From positions 420,001-452,000 of the forward strand of contig NC_008578.1 of the NCBI RefSeq assembly GCF_000015025.1: a stretch of DNA of 32,000 nucleotides, written 5' to 3'. Source of the DNA: Acidothermus cellulolyticus 11B. Lineage in GTDB: Bacteria; Actinomycetota; Actinomycetes; Acidothermales; Acidothermaceae. The translations under genes and the position numbers were made by a program. Below, piece after piece: positions 1-9,155 of the stretch (positions are counted from its first letter, which is position 1; each line of letters opens with the position of its first letter). The notes beneath the pieces are model-generated. The model saw nothing but the letters and a program-made list of their open reading frames with translations. It was not told the origin of the DNA and searched no databases.

Positions 1-1
1 C

Positions 2-568
2 AAGGGCGGCGTTCTCTTTGTGGACTCTGCTGACAAGGCGACCCGGTTCATCAACCTCTGCGATGCATTCAACGTACCGTTGCTCTTCCTTGCCGACGTG
101 CCGGGTTTCATGGTCGGCACCGCCGTGGAGAAGCAGGGAATCATCCGGCACGGCGCGAAAATGCTGACGGCGGTCGCCGAAGCGACCGTGCCGAAATTCT
201 GTGTCGTCGTCCGCAAAGCGTACGGCGCCGGGCTGTACGCCATGGCCGGACCCGGCTTCGCACCCGACGCGACGTTGGCTTTGCCTACGGCAAAAATCGC
301 GGTGATGGGCGCGGAGGCGGCGGTGAACGCTGTCCATGCCCGGCGGCTCGCGGCCATCGCGGACGAGGCCGAGCGGGCGCGGGTGGCGGCACAACTTCGC
401 GCCGACTATGCCGCGGATATTGACATCGTCCGGCTCGCATCCGAGTTGGTCGTCGACGACATCGTGGAGCCGGCGGCATTACGAATGCAGCTCATCGAGC
501 GGCTGGCCCGCACCCGCGGCAAGAATCGAGCGTTTGCCGACCGCCGGCACGGCGTCGCCCCGGTGTAG
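2..568 (+). CDS. Acyl-CoA carboxylase carboxyltransferase (beta) subunit, C-terminal fragment; the 5' end lies outside the window
   Basis: The frame is open back to base 2 (KGGVLF precedes the tracked GTG at 20). GGVLFVDSADKATRFINLCDAFNVPLLFLADVPGFMVG...RKAYGAGLYAM matches the conserved carboxyltransferase core of PccB/AccD-type enzymes. TAG at 566-568. Confidence 0.85.
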   Translation, partial: KGGVLFVDSADKATRFINLCDAFNVPLLFLADVPGFMVGTAVEKQGIIRHGAKMLTAVAEATVPKFCVVVRKAYGAGLYAMAGPGFAPDATLALPTAKIAVMGAEAAVNAVHARRLAAIADEAERARVAAQLRADYAADIDIVRLASELVVDDIVEPAALRMQLIERLARTRGKNRAFADRRHGVAPV

Positions 569-634
569 CCGAGTGCGGTACCGACCGCAGGTGGCACTCC
601 CGGTTGGTGACGTGATGTCTCGGTGCAGCCGGGT

Positions 635-653
635 GCGGCGTGCACCGCGCCGC
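635..653. terminator. Candidate stem-loop between convergent genes (GCGGCG-tgcaccg-CGCCGC)
   Basis: A 6-bp GC stem with a 7-nt loop, extendable by two G:U pairs, sits in the 95-bp gap between the carboxylase stop (568) and the GtrA stop (664). There is no U-tract. Confidence 0.25.
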
Positions 654-663
654 GTGCACCTGC

Positions 664-1209
664 TCAGACGACGGCCGCACCCGCGGCCTGCTCGGACCGT
701 TCCGGTTCGTCGAGCGCGAGGAACACCCAGCGTCGATACGACCAGAACCGGAAGAGTGTGCCGAGCACCAGGCCGATTCCGTTCGCCGAGATGTTGTCGG
801 CGAGTTTGCTGTGAAAACCGAGCCCGTAATGCGAAATAGCCAGGCAGGCTTCGGCGATCGCTAAACCGATCCCGTTGAACACGAAGAACAACACGTACTC
901 GCGCCGGATCCCGGTGCGGGCCCGATGCCGCCACGTCCAATGGCGGTTGGCGAAGTACGCGAACGTTGCCGCCGCCGCCGTCGAGATTGCCTTGGCCGTG
1001 ATGACCTTGTTGTGCAACGGACCGCCGTCGCCCCGGAGCACATTGAACAAGCCGACGTCCACGACGAAGGCGAGCAGCCCGACGACGCCGAATTTGGCCA
1101 CTTCATGGACGAGCTGCGCGAAACGACGGTAGAGGGCGGGGATGACGTTCACAGCACCACCTTGGCAATCGGCATTGTCGATGTGCCTACCGATCGTGGT
1201 CGCCGACAC
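664..1209 (-). CDS. GtrA-family small integral membrane protein
   Basis: About 4 predicted TM segments. GtrA-like motifs are FAQLVHEVAKFGVVGLLAFVVDVGLFNVL, NRHWTWRHR and FRFWSYRRWVF. The longest ORF starts at GTG 1209. An alternative GTG at 1152, preceded by AAGGTGG, may be the real start. Confidence 0.8.
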   Translation of the reverse strand: MSATTIGRHIDNADCQGGAVNVIPALYRRFAQLVHEVAKFGVVGLLAFVVDVGLFNVLRGDGGPLHNKVITAKAISTAAAATFAYFANRHWTWRHRARTGIRREYVLFFVFNGIGLAIAEACLAISHYGLGFHSKLADNISANGIGLVLGTLFRFWSYRRWVFLALDEPERSEQAAGAAVV

Positions 1210-1310
1210 CGCGCCGTCGACTCGCTGACGCCCAGAGTATCGGCATCCGGTGCGACGATGTGAGCGGGGACGGCGATCCCGGCCCGCCGACGATCGGAAA
1301 GGGGCATACC

Positions 1311-2477
1311 ATGCGCTCCTCGCGATACGACTACTTCTTGGACGACCACTACGCCGCGCTGCGTTCCCTTGTCGAAGAATTCGCCCATGATGAAGTGGCG
1401 CCGAAGGCGGCGGCGCTTGATGCGGCCGAGGAGTTCCCGTACGAGCTCGTCGCTCAGATGGCCCGGCTTGGCCTCTTCGGCCTCCCGTTCCCGGAGGAGT
1501 ACGGCGGGTCCGGCGGTGATTACTTCGCGCTCTGTCTTGCCGTCGAGGAGCTGGCCCGCGTTGATTCGTCGCTTGCCATCACCCTCGAAGCTGCAGTGAG
1601 CCTCGGTGCCATGCCGATCTACCGCTTCGGCACGGAGGAGCAGCGCCGTCGCTGGCTGCCGCCGTTGGCGCGCGGCGAACGGCTCGGTGCGTTCGGGCTC
1701 ACCGAACCGGGCGGGGGAAGCGACGCGGGTGCGACCGCGACCCGGGCGGTTCCGGACGGCGACGGGTGGCGGATTCGCGGCACGAAAGCGTTCATCACCA
1801 ACGCCGGCACAGAGATAACCAGTGTGATCACTGTGACCGCGATCACCGGGCAGCGGGATGGGGAGAAAGAAATCTCCTCGTTCATCGTTCCGGTGCCGAG
1901 TTCCGGCCTGACCGTGAGCCCGCCGTACTCCAAGGTGGGGTGGCACGCCTCCGACACCCGGCAGGTGTTCTTGGACGACGTCTACGTCCCGGCCGATCAT
2001 CTGCTTGGCGACCGGGGCCGCGGTTATGCGAACTTCCTCGCCATCCTCGACGAGGGCCGGATCGCCATCGCCGCGTTGGCTGTCGGTCTTGCCCAGGGAT
2101 GCCTCGACGAGGCACTCCGGTACGCCGGCGAACGACACGCGTTCGGCCGGCCGATCGGCGCGTTCCAAGCGATCCAGTTCAAACTCGCCGACATGGCGGC
2201 CCGGGTGCATACCGCCCGCCTTGCCTACTACGACGCGGCACGCCGCATGCTCGCGGGAAAACCGTTCAAAGACCAGGCGGCGATCGCCAAGCTGTACGCC
2301 TCGGACGTCGCGGTGTGCAACGCCCGGGACGCCACCCAGATCTTCGGGGGTGCGGGATTCATCAACGAAACGCCGGTCGCCCGGTTCTGGCGGGACGCAA
2401 AGATTCTCGAAATCGGTGAGGGTACCAGCGAGGTGCAGCGCATGGTGATCGCGCGTGGCCTCGGCCTGCCCACGTAG
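1311..2477 (+). CDS. Acyl-CoA dehydrogenase (short/branched-chain type)
   Basis: FGLTEPGGGSDAGA, KAFITNAG, QIFGGAGFINETPVARFWRDAKILEIGEGTSEVQR are canonical ACAD motifs. ATG 1311 is preceded by GGAAAGGGG. The tracked GTG at 1260 adds an unlikely Gly/Pro leader. Confidence 0.9.
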   Translation: MRSSRYDYFLDDHYAALRSLVEEFAHDEVAPKAAALDAAEEFPYELVAQMARLGLFGLPFPEEYGGSGGDYFALCLAVEELARVDSSLAITLEAAVSLGAMPIYRFGTEEQRRRWLPPLARGERLGAFGLTEPGGGSDAGATATRAVPDGDGWRIRGTKAFITNAGTEITSVITVTAITGQRDGEKEISSFIVPVPSSGLTVSPPYSKVGWHASDTRQVFLDDVYVPADHLLGDRGRGYANFLAILDEGRIAIAALAVGLAQGCLDEALRYAGERHAFGRPIGAFQAIQFKLADMAARVHTARLAYYDAARRMLAGKPFKDQAAIAKLYASDVAVCNARDATQIFGGAGFINETPVARFWRDAKILEIGEGTSEVQRMVIARGLGLPT

Positions 2478-2530
2478 TCGTGGCGTCCTGAGGTACGAGA
2501 TCGCCGTGTCGGACCGCTAGGCTGCGGTTC

Positions 2531-3730
2531 GTGTCCGCGCCCCCGCTCGCCGCGCCGCAACTACCGCCGGGTGTGCCGGTCGTCGGGATGGTCGGAGCCG
2601 GTCAACTGGCGCGCATGACCCAGCAGGCGGCGATCGCCCTTGGGGTTCACCTGCGGGTGCTCGCCGTCGGTGCCGCCGACTGCGCCGCCGGTGTCTGTTC
2701 CGACGTCCGGCTGGGCGGCCCCCGTGACCTCGCGGCTGTGCAGGACTTCGCCCGTGGGGTCGACGTCCTCACCTTCGACCACGAACACGTCCCGGCGGCT
2801 CTGGTCGCCGATCTTGAGCGCGGCGGCGTCGTCGCCCGGCCGGGCTCACACGCGTTGCCCTACGTGCAGGACAAACTCCAGATGCGCCAGCGGCTCGCGG
2901 CGAGTGGTTTTCCCGTGCCGCACTGGGCAGTTCCCCGTCCGGGCCATGAACTGGAGGATCTCCGTGCCTTCGCGGCGGACCATCACTGGCCCGTAGTCGT
3001 CAAGGCCGTCTCGGGGGGGTACGACGGCCGTGGTGTCTGGGTGGTCGAGGACGAGACGGCCGCGGCCCGGCTGGTCGACGCTCTTGCCGACCTGCGCTGG
3101 TTCGTCGAAACGCACGTCGCGTTCCGCCGGGAGGTGGCGGTTCAAGTCGCGCGGTCCGCGACCGGGGAAATCCGCGCCTGGCCGCTCGTGCAGACCGTGC
3201 AGGAGAACGGCATATGCACGTTGGTGATTGCACCGGCGCCGCAGACGGATCCGGAACACGCGGCGCACGCGCGGACGTTGGCCGAGAATATTGCGAAGGA
3301 ATTGGATGTCGTCGGTCTGCTCGCGGTGGAAATGTTCGACACCGGCGGTGATGAACCGTTCGTCGTCAACGAATTGGCGATGCGTCCGCATAACAGCGGC
3401 CACTGGACGATGGACGGTTCGGTGACCTCCCAATTCGAGCAGCACCTGCGGGCTGTTCTCGGCTGGCCGCTCGGCGACACCTCGCTGCGCGCTCCGGTGA
3501 CGGTGATGGCGAATCTGCTCGGCGGCAGCGGCGTCGAGGCGGCTGCGGTGCATTCCCGCATCCCGGCGGCGCTCGCGGATCCGGGCGTGCGCCTGCACCT
3601 GTACAACAAGCAGGTCAAGCCCGGCCGGAAAATCGGTCACGTCAACGTGTGTGACGCCGAGGTGGACGCCGCGGTGCAGCGGGCTGGGACGGCGGTCCGC
3701 ATTCTGCGCGGGGAGGATGGGTCGCGATGA
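2531..3730 (+). CDS. purK: N5-carboxyaminoimidazole ribonucleotide synthase (ATP-grasp)
   Basis: The N-terminal [12 protein letters not shown] nucleotide loop, ATP-grasp core ([21 protein letters not shown]) and [13 protein letters not shown] motif are present. Its stop overlaps the purE start (ATGA at 3727-3730). Confidence 0.9.
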   Translation: MSAPPLAAPQLPPGVPVVGMVGAGQLARMTQQAAIALGVHLRVLAVGAADCAAGVCSDVRLGGPRDLAAVQDFARGVDVLTFDHEHVPAALVADLERGGVVARPGSHALPYVQDKLQMRQRLAASGFPVPHWAVPRPGHELEDLRAFAADHHWPVVVKAVSGGYDGRGVWVVEDETAAARLVDALADLRWFVETHVAFRREVAVQVARSATGEIRAWPLVQTVQENGICTLVIAPAPQTDPEHAAHARTLAENIAKELDVVGLLAVEMFDTGGDEPFVVNELAMRPHNSGHWTMDGSVTSQFEQHLRAVLGWPLGDTSLRAPVTVMANLLGGSGVEAAAVHSRIPAALADPGVRLHLYNKQVKPGRKIGHVNVCDAEVDAAVQRAGTAVRILRGEDGSR

Positions 3731-4257
3731 CCGCGTTCGGGCCGACCGACGCGCTGGTCGGCGTCATCATGGGCAGCGACAGCGACTGGGCGACGATGCA
3801 GCACGCGGCCGGCGCGCTCCGCGAATTCGACGTGCCGCACGAGGTACACGTGGTCTCCGCCCACCGGACGCCGCAGCGCATGCTCGACTATGCCGAAACC
3901 GCTGCGGACCGCGGACTGCGCGTCATCATCGCCGGCGCGGGTGGGGCGGCCCATCTGCCCGGCATGGTCGCCTCGGCGACCCTCCTGCCGGTGATTGGTG
4001 TTCCCGTGCCGCTCGCTTACCTAGACGGCCTGGATTCCTTGCTGTCGATCGTTCAGATGCCGGCAGGCGTCCCGGTGGCCACCGTCGGCGTCGGTGCGGC
4101 CCGGAACGCCGGGCTCCTCGCCGTCCGGATTCTTGCCGCCACCGACGACGCGCTCCGCGCGCGGTACCGCGAATTCCAACGGACGCTGGCCGAGCAGGTG
4201 GTCGCGAAAGACCACGCCTTGGGACGCCGCGTCGCCGGTGATGTCGCCGAGGTGTGA
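3727..4257 (+). CDS. purE: N5-carboxyaminoimidazole ribonucleotide mutase
   Basis: [11 protein letters not shown]...VVSAHRTP...[17 protein letters not shown]...PVIGVPV are class I PurE signature blocks. The gene is translationally coupled to purK. Confidence 0.95.
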   Translation: MTAFGPTDALVGVIMGSDSDWATMQHAAGALREFDVPHEVHVVSAHRTPQRMLDYAETAADRGLRVIIAGAGGAAHLPGMVASATLLPVIGVPVPLAYLDGLDSLLSIVQMPAGVPVATVGVGAARNAGLLAVRILAATDDALRARYREFQRTLAEQVVAKDHALGRRVAGDVAEV

Positions 4258-4260
4258 CCG

Positions 4261-5580
4261 TCAGGGCCGTCCGAGAGCCCGGTAGGTCCAACCGGCAGCC
4301 CGCCATCGCTCGGGATCCAGCGCATTGCGGCCGTCGACGATGCGACGGCGACGCACGACGGCGCCGAGTGCCACTGGGTCAAGGTCGCGGAATTCCCGCC
4401 ACTCGGTGAGGTGGAGCACGACGTCTGCTCCCTCGCAGGCCGCGAACGCCGAATCGGCGTAGCTCAATTCGGGGTAGCGGACCGCCGCGTTCGGCATTGC
4501 CTCCGGGTCATACACCGTGACGGCGGCACCGGCGCGGCGGATCGTGTCTGCGACCTCCAGGGCGGGCGAATCGCGGATGTCATCGCTGTTCGGTTTGAAA
4601 GCCGCGCCGAGGACGCCGACCCGCTTCCCATCGAATGCGCCGTCGCACTGCTCTTTCGCCAGCTCGACCATCCGGTGCCGGCGGCGGAGGTTGATGGCGT
4701 CGACATCGCGGAGGAACGCCACCGCGTCACCGGCGCCTAATTCCTCAGCCCACGCGATGAAAGCGCGGATGTCCTTCGGGAGGCAGCCGCCGCCGAAACC
4801 GAGTCCGGCCTGCAGGAACCGCCCGCCGATCCGTGGATCCAGCGCGAGTGCTTCGGCGAGGCGGACAACGTCTGCTCCGGTGGCCTCGCATATTTCCGCC
4901 ATCGCATTGATAAAGGAAATCTTCGTGGCCAGGAAGGAATTTGCTGCCACCTTGACAAGTTCGGCGGTGGCGAAATCAGCGACCAGGAAAGGCACTCCGG
5001 CGCTGATGAGGGGGGCGTAGACGGACCGCAATGCCTGCTCGGCCCGGCTGGATCGCACGCCGACGACGATGCGGTCGGGATGAAGGGTGTCTGCGACGGC
5101 GAAACCTTCCCGCAGGAACTCCGGATTCCAGGCAAGCTCGACCGCCGTCCCGGCGGGCGCGGACGCCGTGAGCCGCTCCGCGAGTCTGGCCGCCGTCCCG
5201 GCCGGTACAGTGGATTTTCCGACGACGAGGCATGGACGGCGGAGCAGCGGGGCAAGGTTGTCGACGGCGTCGAAGAGATAGCGGAGATCCGCGGCGTACC
5301 CGTCCGGCCGCTGCGGCGTCCCGACGCAGAGGAAATGAATGTCGCCGGCCTCTGCGATTTCCTGGATATCGGTGGTGAAGCTTAGACGTCCAGCGGCGAC
5401 GTGACGCGCCAGCAACTCCGGCAGCTCCGGCTCGTAAAACGGAACTTTTCCCGCCTGCAGTGCGGCAATCTTTGCTTCGTCCACGTCGAAACCGATGACG
5501 TCGTATCCCAATTCGGCCATGCAGGCCGCATGGGTGGCGCCCAAATATCCCGTCCCGACGACAGTCAGTCGCGGCGTCAC
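4261..5580 (-). CDS. ugd: UDP-glucose 6-dehydrogenase
   Basis: Rossmann start VVGTGYLGATHAACMAELGYDV, NPEFLREG, catalytic GFGGGCLPKD and C-terminal GAAFKPNSDDIRDSPA are present. I place the start at GTG 5580, preceded by GGGGAGGAA. The tracked ATG at 5652 adds an Arg-rich extension. Confidence 0.9.
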   Translation of the reverse strand: MTPRLTVVGTGYLGATHAACMAELGYDVIGFDVDEAKIAALQAGKVPFYEPELPELLARHVAAGRLSFTTDIQEIAEAGDIHFLCVGTPQRPDGYAADLRYLFDAVDNLAPLLRRPCLVVGKSTVPAGTAARLAERLTASAPAGTAVELAWNPEFLREGFAVADTLHPDRIVVGVRSSRAEQALRSVYAPLISAGVPFLVADFATAELVKVAANSFLATKISFINAMAEICEATGADVVRLAEALALDPRIGGRFLQAGLGFGGGCLPKDIRAFIAWAEELGAGDAVAFLRDVDAINLRRRHRMVELAKEQCDGAFDGKRVGVLGAAFKPNSDDIRDSPALEVADTIRRAGAAVTVYDPEAMPNAAVRYPELSYADSAFAACEGADVVLHLTEWREFRDLDPVALGAVVRRRRIVDGRNALDPERWRAAGWTYRALGRP

Positions 5581-5687
5581 GCAGATTCCTCCCCGCAGGT
5601 GCGATCGCCGATGGTCCCTCGATCCTAGCGCGCGCCGCGCTGCTGCGTCCAAACATGCGCCGTAGCATCGAACCGTCGGAGGTGGCC

Positions 5688-6875
5688 ATGGACCCGGGGA
5701 GCGGACCGTTTCTCCTGCCTGCCGAGTACGCGGCGGTCCGGGACGCCGTCCGGCGGCTTGCCGAGGAGCGAATCGCGCCGCGCGCTGCGGAGATCGACCG
5801 TACCGGGGAATTCCCCTGGGACGTCCATGACGTGTTGGCCCGTTCCGGTTTCCATGCGCCGCGCATCCCCGAGCAGTACGGCGGAAGCGGAGCGGACGCG
5901 TTGGCGACCGCCGTCATCATCGAGGAAATCGCGCGGGTCTGTGCGGCGTCCTCGCTGATTCCCGCGGTCAACACGCTCGGCACCCTGCCGTTGCTGCTCG
6001 CCGGGGCGCATGAGCTCTGCGCACGTTATTTGCCGCTCGTCGCCAAGGGCGACGCCATGTTCTCGTATGCGCTGAGCGAGCCGGAGGCGGGAAGCGATGC
6101 CGCCGCGATGACGACGCGGGCGGTGCGTGACGGTGAGTGGTGGGTGCTTGACGGCGTCAAACGGTGGATCAGCAACGCCGGGGAATCCCGTTTCTACACC
6201 GTCTTCGCGGTCACCGATCCCGACGCTGGAACCCACGGCATCTCGGCCTTTGTCGTGGAAGCGGACGATCCGGGGCTCTCGTTTGGCCCTAAGGAGCGCA
6301 AGCTCGGCATCCGTGGTTCGCCGACCCGGGAGATGTCCTTCGCCGGCTGTCGTATCCCCGAGTGGCGGATCATCGGTGCGCCGGGGGACGGTTTCTCCCT
6401 TGCGATGCGCACGCTCGACCACACCCGGGTGACCATTGCCGCGCAGGCCGTCGGCATCGCGCAAGGGGCGTTGGATGCAGCCGTCGGCTATACGAGCCGC
6501 CGGGAGCAGTTCGGTCAGCCGGTCGCGGAATTCCAAGGCGTGCGGTTCACCCTTGCCGACATGGCCATGCGTATTGAGGCGGCGCGGGCGCTCACCTATG
6601 TTGCCGCGGCTCACTCCGAACGGGGAAACGGCGACCTCGGATATTTCGGCGCCGCGGCGAAATGTTTTGCCTCCGACGTCGCGATGGCCGTCACGACGGA
6701 CGCCGTCCAACTCTTCGGCGGCTACGGCTATACCCAGGACTACCCGGTCGAACGGATGATGCGGGACGCGAAAATCACCCAGATTTACGAGGGGACCAAT
6801 CAGATCCAGCGGGTTGTGATCGGTCGTGAGGTGCTCCGCCGGGCCGCCTCGGGGTCCAGCGGTCCCGTGCGATGA
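5688..6875 (+). CDS. Acyl-CoA dehydrogenase (FadE25-like position next to purE/purK)
   Basis: FSYALSEPEAGSDAAAM, KRWISNAG, QLFGGYGYTQDYPVERMMRDAKITQIYEGTNQIQR match ACAD motifs. ATG 5688 is preceded by GGAGG at 5679-5683. Confidence 0.9.
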   Translation: MDPGSGPFLLPAEYAAVRDAVRRLAEERIAPRAAEIDRTGEFPWDVHDVLARSGFHAPRIPEQYGGSGADALATAVIIEEIARVCAASSLIPAVNTLGTLPLLLAGAHELCARYLPLVAKGDAMFSYALSEPEAGSDAAAMTTRAVRDGEWWVLDGVKRWISNAGESRFYTVFAVTDPDAGTHGISAFVVEADDPGLSFGPKERKLGIRGSPTREMSFAGCRIPEWRIIGAPGDGFSLAMRTLDHTRVTIAAQAVGIAQGALDAAVGYTSRREQFGQPVAEFQGVRFTLADMAMRIEAARALTYVAAAHSERGNGDLGYFGAAAKCFASDVAMAVTTDAVQLFGGYGYTQDYPVERMMRDAKITQIYEGTNQIQRVVIGREVLRRAASGSSGPVR

Positions 6876-6882
6876 TCGGGTC

Positions 6883-7398
6883 ATGACGGAGCTGCGCGGC
6901 GTCCCGGTCAGCGCGTCCCGGCTCAGCCTGAGCCGGATCGCGACCGTACTCGACGCGAACCTGTACGGCATTGTCCACGGCGGAACGGTCATGCGGATGA
7001 TCGACGAAACCGCCGGGGCGGTTGCGTCGCGGCACTGCGGCGGCCGGGCGGTCACCGTGGCGGTGGACGAGATGGTCTTCCTCGTGCCCGTGCATATCGG
7101 CGACATCATCACCTGCCAGGCGCAGGTGAACTGGACCGGCCGAACCTCTTGTGAGATCGGGGTGCGGGTGACGGCTCAGCCGTGGGACCGCGCGGACGAG
7201 GAGCCGCGGCACGTGGCCTCCGCCTACCTGGTGTTCGTGGCAATCGACGAGAACGAGCGGCCCCGGGCGATTCCACCGGTCATCCCGGAGACCGAAGACG
7301 ATCACCGGCGCTTTCATGAAGCCGAGATTCGCCGGGGCACCCGGTTGGCCCGCCGGGAGGCGATCCTGCGCTCGCGGGAACGCGCCCGCCCTCGCTGA
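6883..7398 (+). CDS. Acyl-CoA thioesterase (hotdog fold, acyl-CoA hydrolase family)
   Basis: NLYGIVHGGTVMRMIDETAGAVASRH...VDEMVFLVPVHIGDIITCQAQVNWTGRTSCEIGVRV is the typical hotdog thioesterase core. ATG 6883 follows the upstream stop by 8 nt. Confidence 0.8.
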   Translation: MTELRGVPVSASRLSLSRIATVLDANLYGIVHGGTVMRMIDETAGAVASRHCGGRAVTVAVDEMVFLVPVHIGDIITCQAQVNWTGRTSCEIGVRVTAQPWDRADEEPRHVASAYLVFVAIDENERPRAIPPVIPETEDDHRRFHEAEIRRGTRLARREAILRSRERARPR

Positions 7399-7402
7399 CG
7401 CG

Positions 7403-8965
7403 TCAGCCTTGCACGCACTGGGTGTCGGCGGCGTTGGTCGTCGGCACGCCGAGCGGCCCGAGCGACGGCGTAGCGGACGGGGAGCCGGGTGACGCGGACA
7501 GCGCAGGGGACGGGGTCGGCGAGCTGGCGGCGAGCCCGGCCCAGTCCGTTCCGATGGTCAGCACGAGGACATTGCTTGCGCTGGTGTCGAGGGTCTCCTG
7601 CGGGGTGACGGCAAGAGCCCCGGCGAGGGTCTTCATCGAATCCGTCCGGCTGGCGGGGTACGAAATTGTTGTCTTCGCCACTGGGATCGAGCTGGCGTTG
7701 CCGACACCGGCGATGCGGAACCCTTCGGCGGCGAGCTGGTCGGCCACTTGGCGGGCCAGGCCGTTGGTCGCCGTCCCGTTCAGAACTTCGACCGTCACCT
7801 CGGACGGCGGCACGGTGATTGTCGCGACGTTGTGGCCGCCGGACGGTGTTGCGTTGAGCGGCTGGTCATCGCGGATGTAACGGAAGAGCAGGTCCGCTTC
7901 GTCGGTACTCCAGTACAGGTGGTAGTACCACTTGTCTCCCTTCGGTGCCGGATATGTCGGCACCGTCGCGAACACGATGTTCTGGGTGTTGATGTGGCGG
8001 TAGCGCATCGCAAGGTTGATGAGCTGGGAGCTGCTCATGTCCGTGGTGATGGAGCCGGCGACGGCTGAGTAGAACTCGTACATGTGAACGGGATCGAAGA
8101 AATTCGACGTACTCAGCGCTTTGCGCACCATCGCGGCCATGAATTGCTGCTGCCGCTGGATCCGGTGCAGGTCATCCCCGCCGGTCAGACCGTACCGGGC
8201 CCGGACGAAGGCCAGCGCTTGCTGTCCTTTCAGCAGCACGGGCCCGGCGGGCAGGTTCAGGCCGGTGTGCGCGTCGTGAATCGGTGAGCATATCGTCAAC
8301 GGCACGCCGCCGAGGGCATTGGACATTTTGATGACGCCCTCGAAATCAATCTCCAAATAGTGGTCGATGTAGATGCCGGTGAGCGTTTCGAGCGTCTTGA
8401 CCGAGCAGGCCGGTCCGCCGAGCTGGATCGCTTCATTGAAGAGCGCCTGCACGGGCTTGGTATAGAGCGGATTTCCCGCGGAGTCGCTCAGCGGTTGGCC
8501 GTTGGCATCGACCCGGCGGCAGGACGGAATATTCACCACCGAGTCACGTGGGATGCTCACCAACGTGACATGTTTGCCGTCGGCTGACAGGTGCACGAGG
8601 ATCGCGGTGTCGGAGAGGGTTTCCGTCTGCGCCGGGCCGGTGGTCGGTTGGAAGCTGGAGTTCTCACCCAGCCGGCTGTCGACACCCAGGACGAGGATGT
8701 TCTCCGGGCTGCCGCCGCTCGCCGGCGGTGGGGCTTTGCTGGGCCGAGCGGTTGCGCCGATCACGGTGTCGAGGCTGGGCTGATGCCGCACCTTGCTCAG
8801 GATGTTGTGGATACCGGCCGCGGCGACGGCGCCGGCGAGGACGACGAGCGCCAGGAAACCGACGAGGACCCGTCCCGCGATCCGCCGGCGTCGCATCGAC
8901 CGCTGGTACGCGGCCTCCTCGCCCAACGGATCCAGAAGGGAGCGAGGAGAGGCGGGACGCTTCAT
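7403..8965 (-). CDS. LCP (LytR-CpsA-Psr) family cell-wall glycopolymer ligase with C-terminal LytR_C domain
   Basis: It has an N-terminal TM anchor (RVLVGFLALVVLAGAVAAAGI). The LCP core is ENILVLGVDSR...SDTAILVHLSADGKHVTLVSIPRDS...AFVRARYGLTGGDDLHRIQRQQQF. The LytR_C block is VEVLNGTATNGLARQVADQLAAEGF. GAAGGAG lies 5 nt upstream of ATG 8965. Confidence 0.9.
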   Translation of the reverse strand: MKRPASPRSLLDPLGEEAAYQRSMRRRRIAGRVLVGFLALVVLAGAVAAAGIHNILSKVRHQPSLDTVIGATARPSKAPPPASGGSPENILVLGVDSRLGENSSFQPTTGPAQTETLSDTAILVHLSADGKHVTLVSIPRDSVVNIPSCRRVDANGQPLSDSAGNPLYTKPVQALFNEAIQLGGPACSVKTLETLTGIYIDHYLEIDFEGVIKMSNALGGVPLTICSPIHDAHTGLNLPAGPVLLKGQQALAFVRARYGLTGGDDLHRIQRQQQFMAAMVRKALSTSNFFDPVHMYEFYSAVAGSITTDMSSSQLINLAMRYRHINTQNIVFATVPTYPAPKGDKWYYHLYWSTDEADLLFRYIRDDQPLNATPSGGHNVATITVPPSEVTVEVLNGTATNGLARQVADQLAAEGFRIAGVGNASSIPVAKTTISYPASRTDSMKTLAGALAVTPQETLDTSASNVLVLTIGTDWAGLAASSPTPSPALSASPGSPSATPSLGPLGVPTTNAADTQCVQG

Positions 8966-9093
8966 TCAGCTCCTTCGGCAGGCAGGCCGGTCCGACACTG
9001 CCAGGGACGAAGCACCGGGCCCTGAGGTTGTCCGCCGGACCGTCATCAGCGGCCGTCCAGCGACACCGATGGACGGAACGCGCAAGGCTCGCG

Positions 9094-9135
9094 GCTGGTT
9101 CCCCGGCGGGCGGTGCTGGTTCCCCGGCGGGCGCT
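9094..9135. repeat. Intergenic 21-nt tandem direct repeat (2 copies) between the two LCP genes
   Basis: gctggttccccggcgggcggt / gctggttccccggcgggcgct, with 20 of 21 positions identical. It lies downstream of the LCP-2 stop and upstream of the LCP-1 start on the minus strand. Confidence 0.9.
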
Positions 9136-9155
9136 GCCTGCTGGTGTCCACCAGC

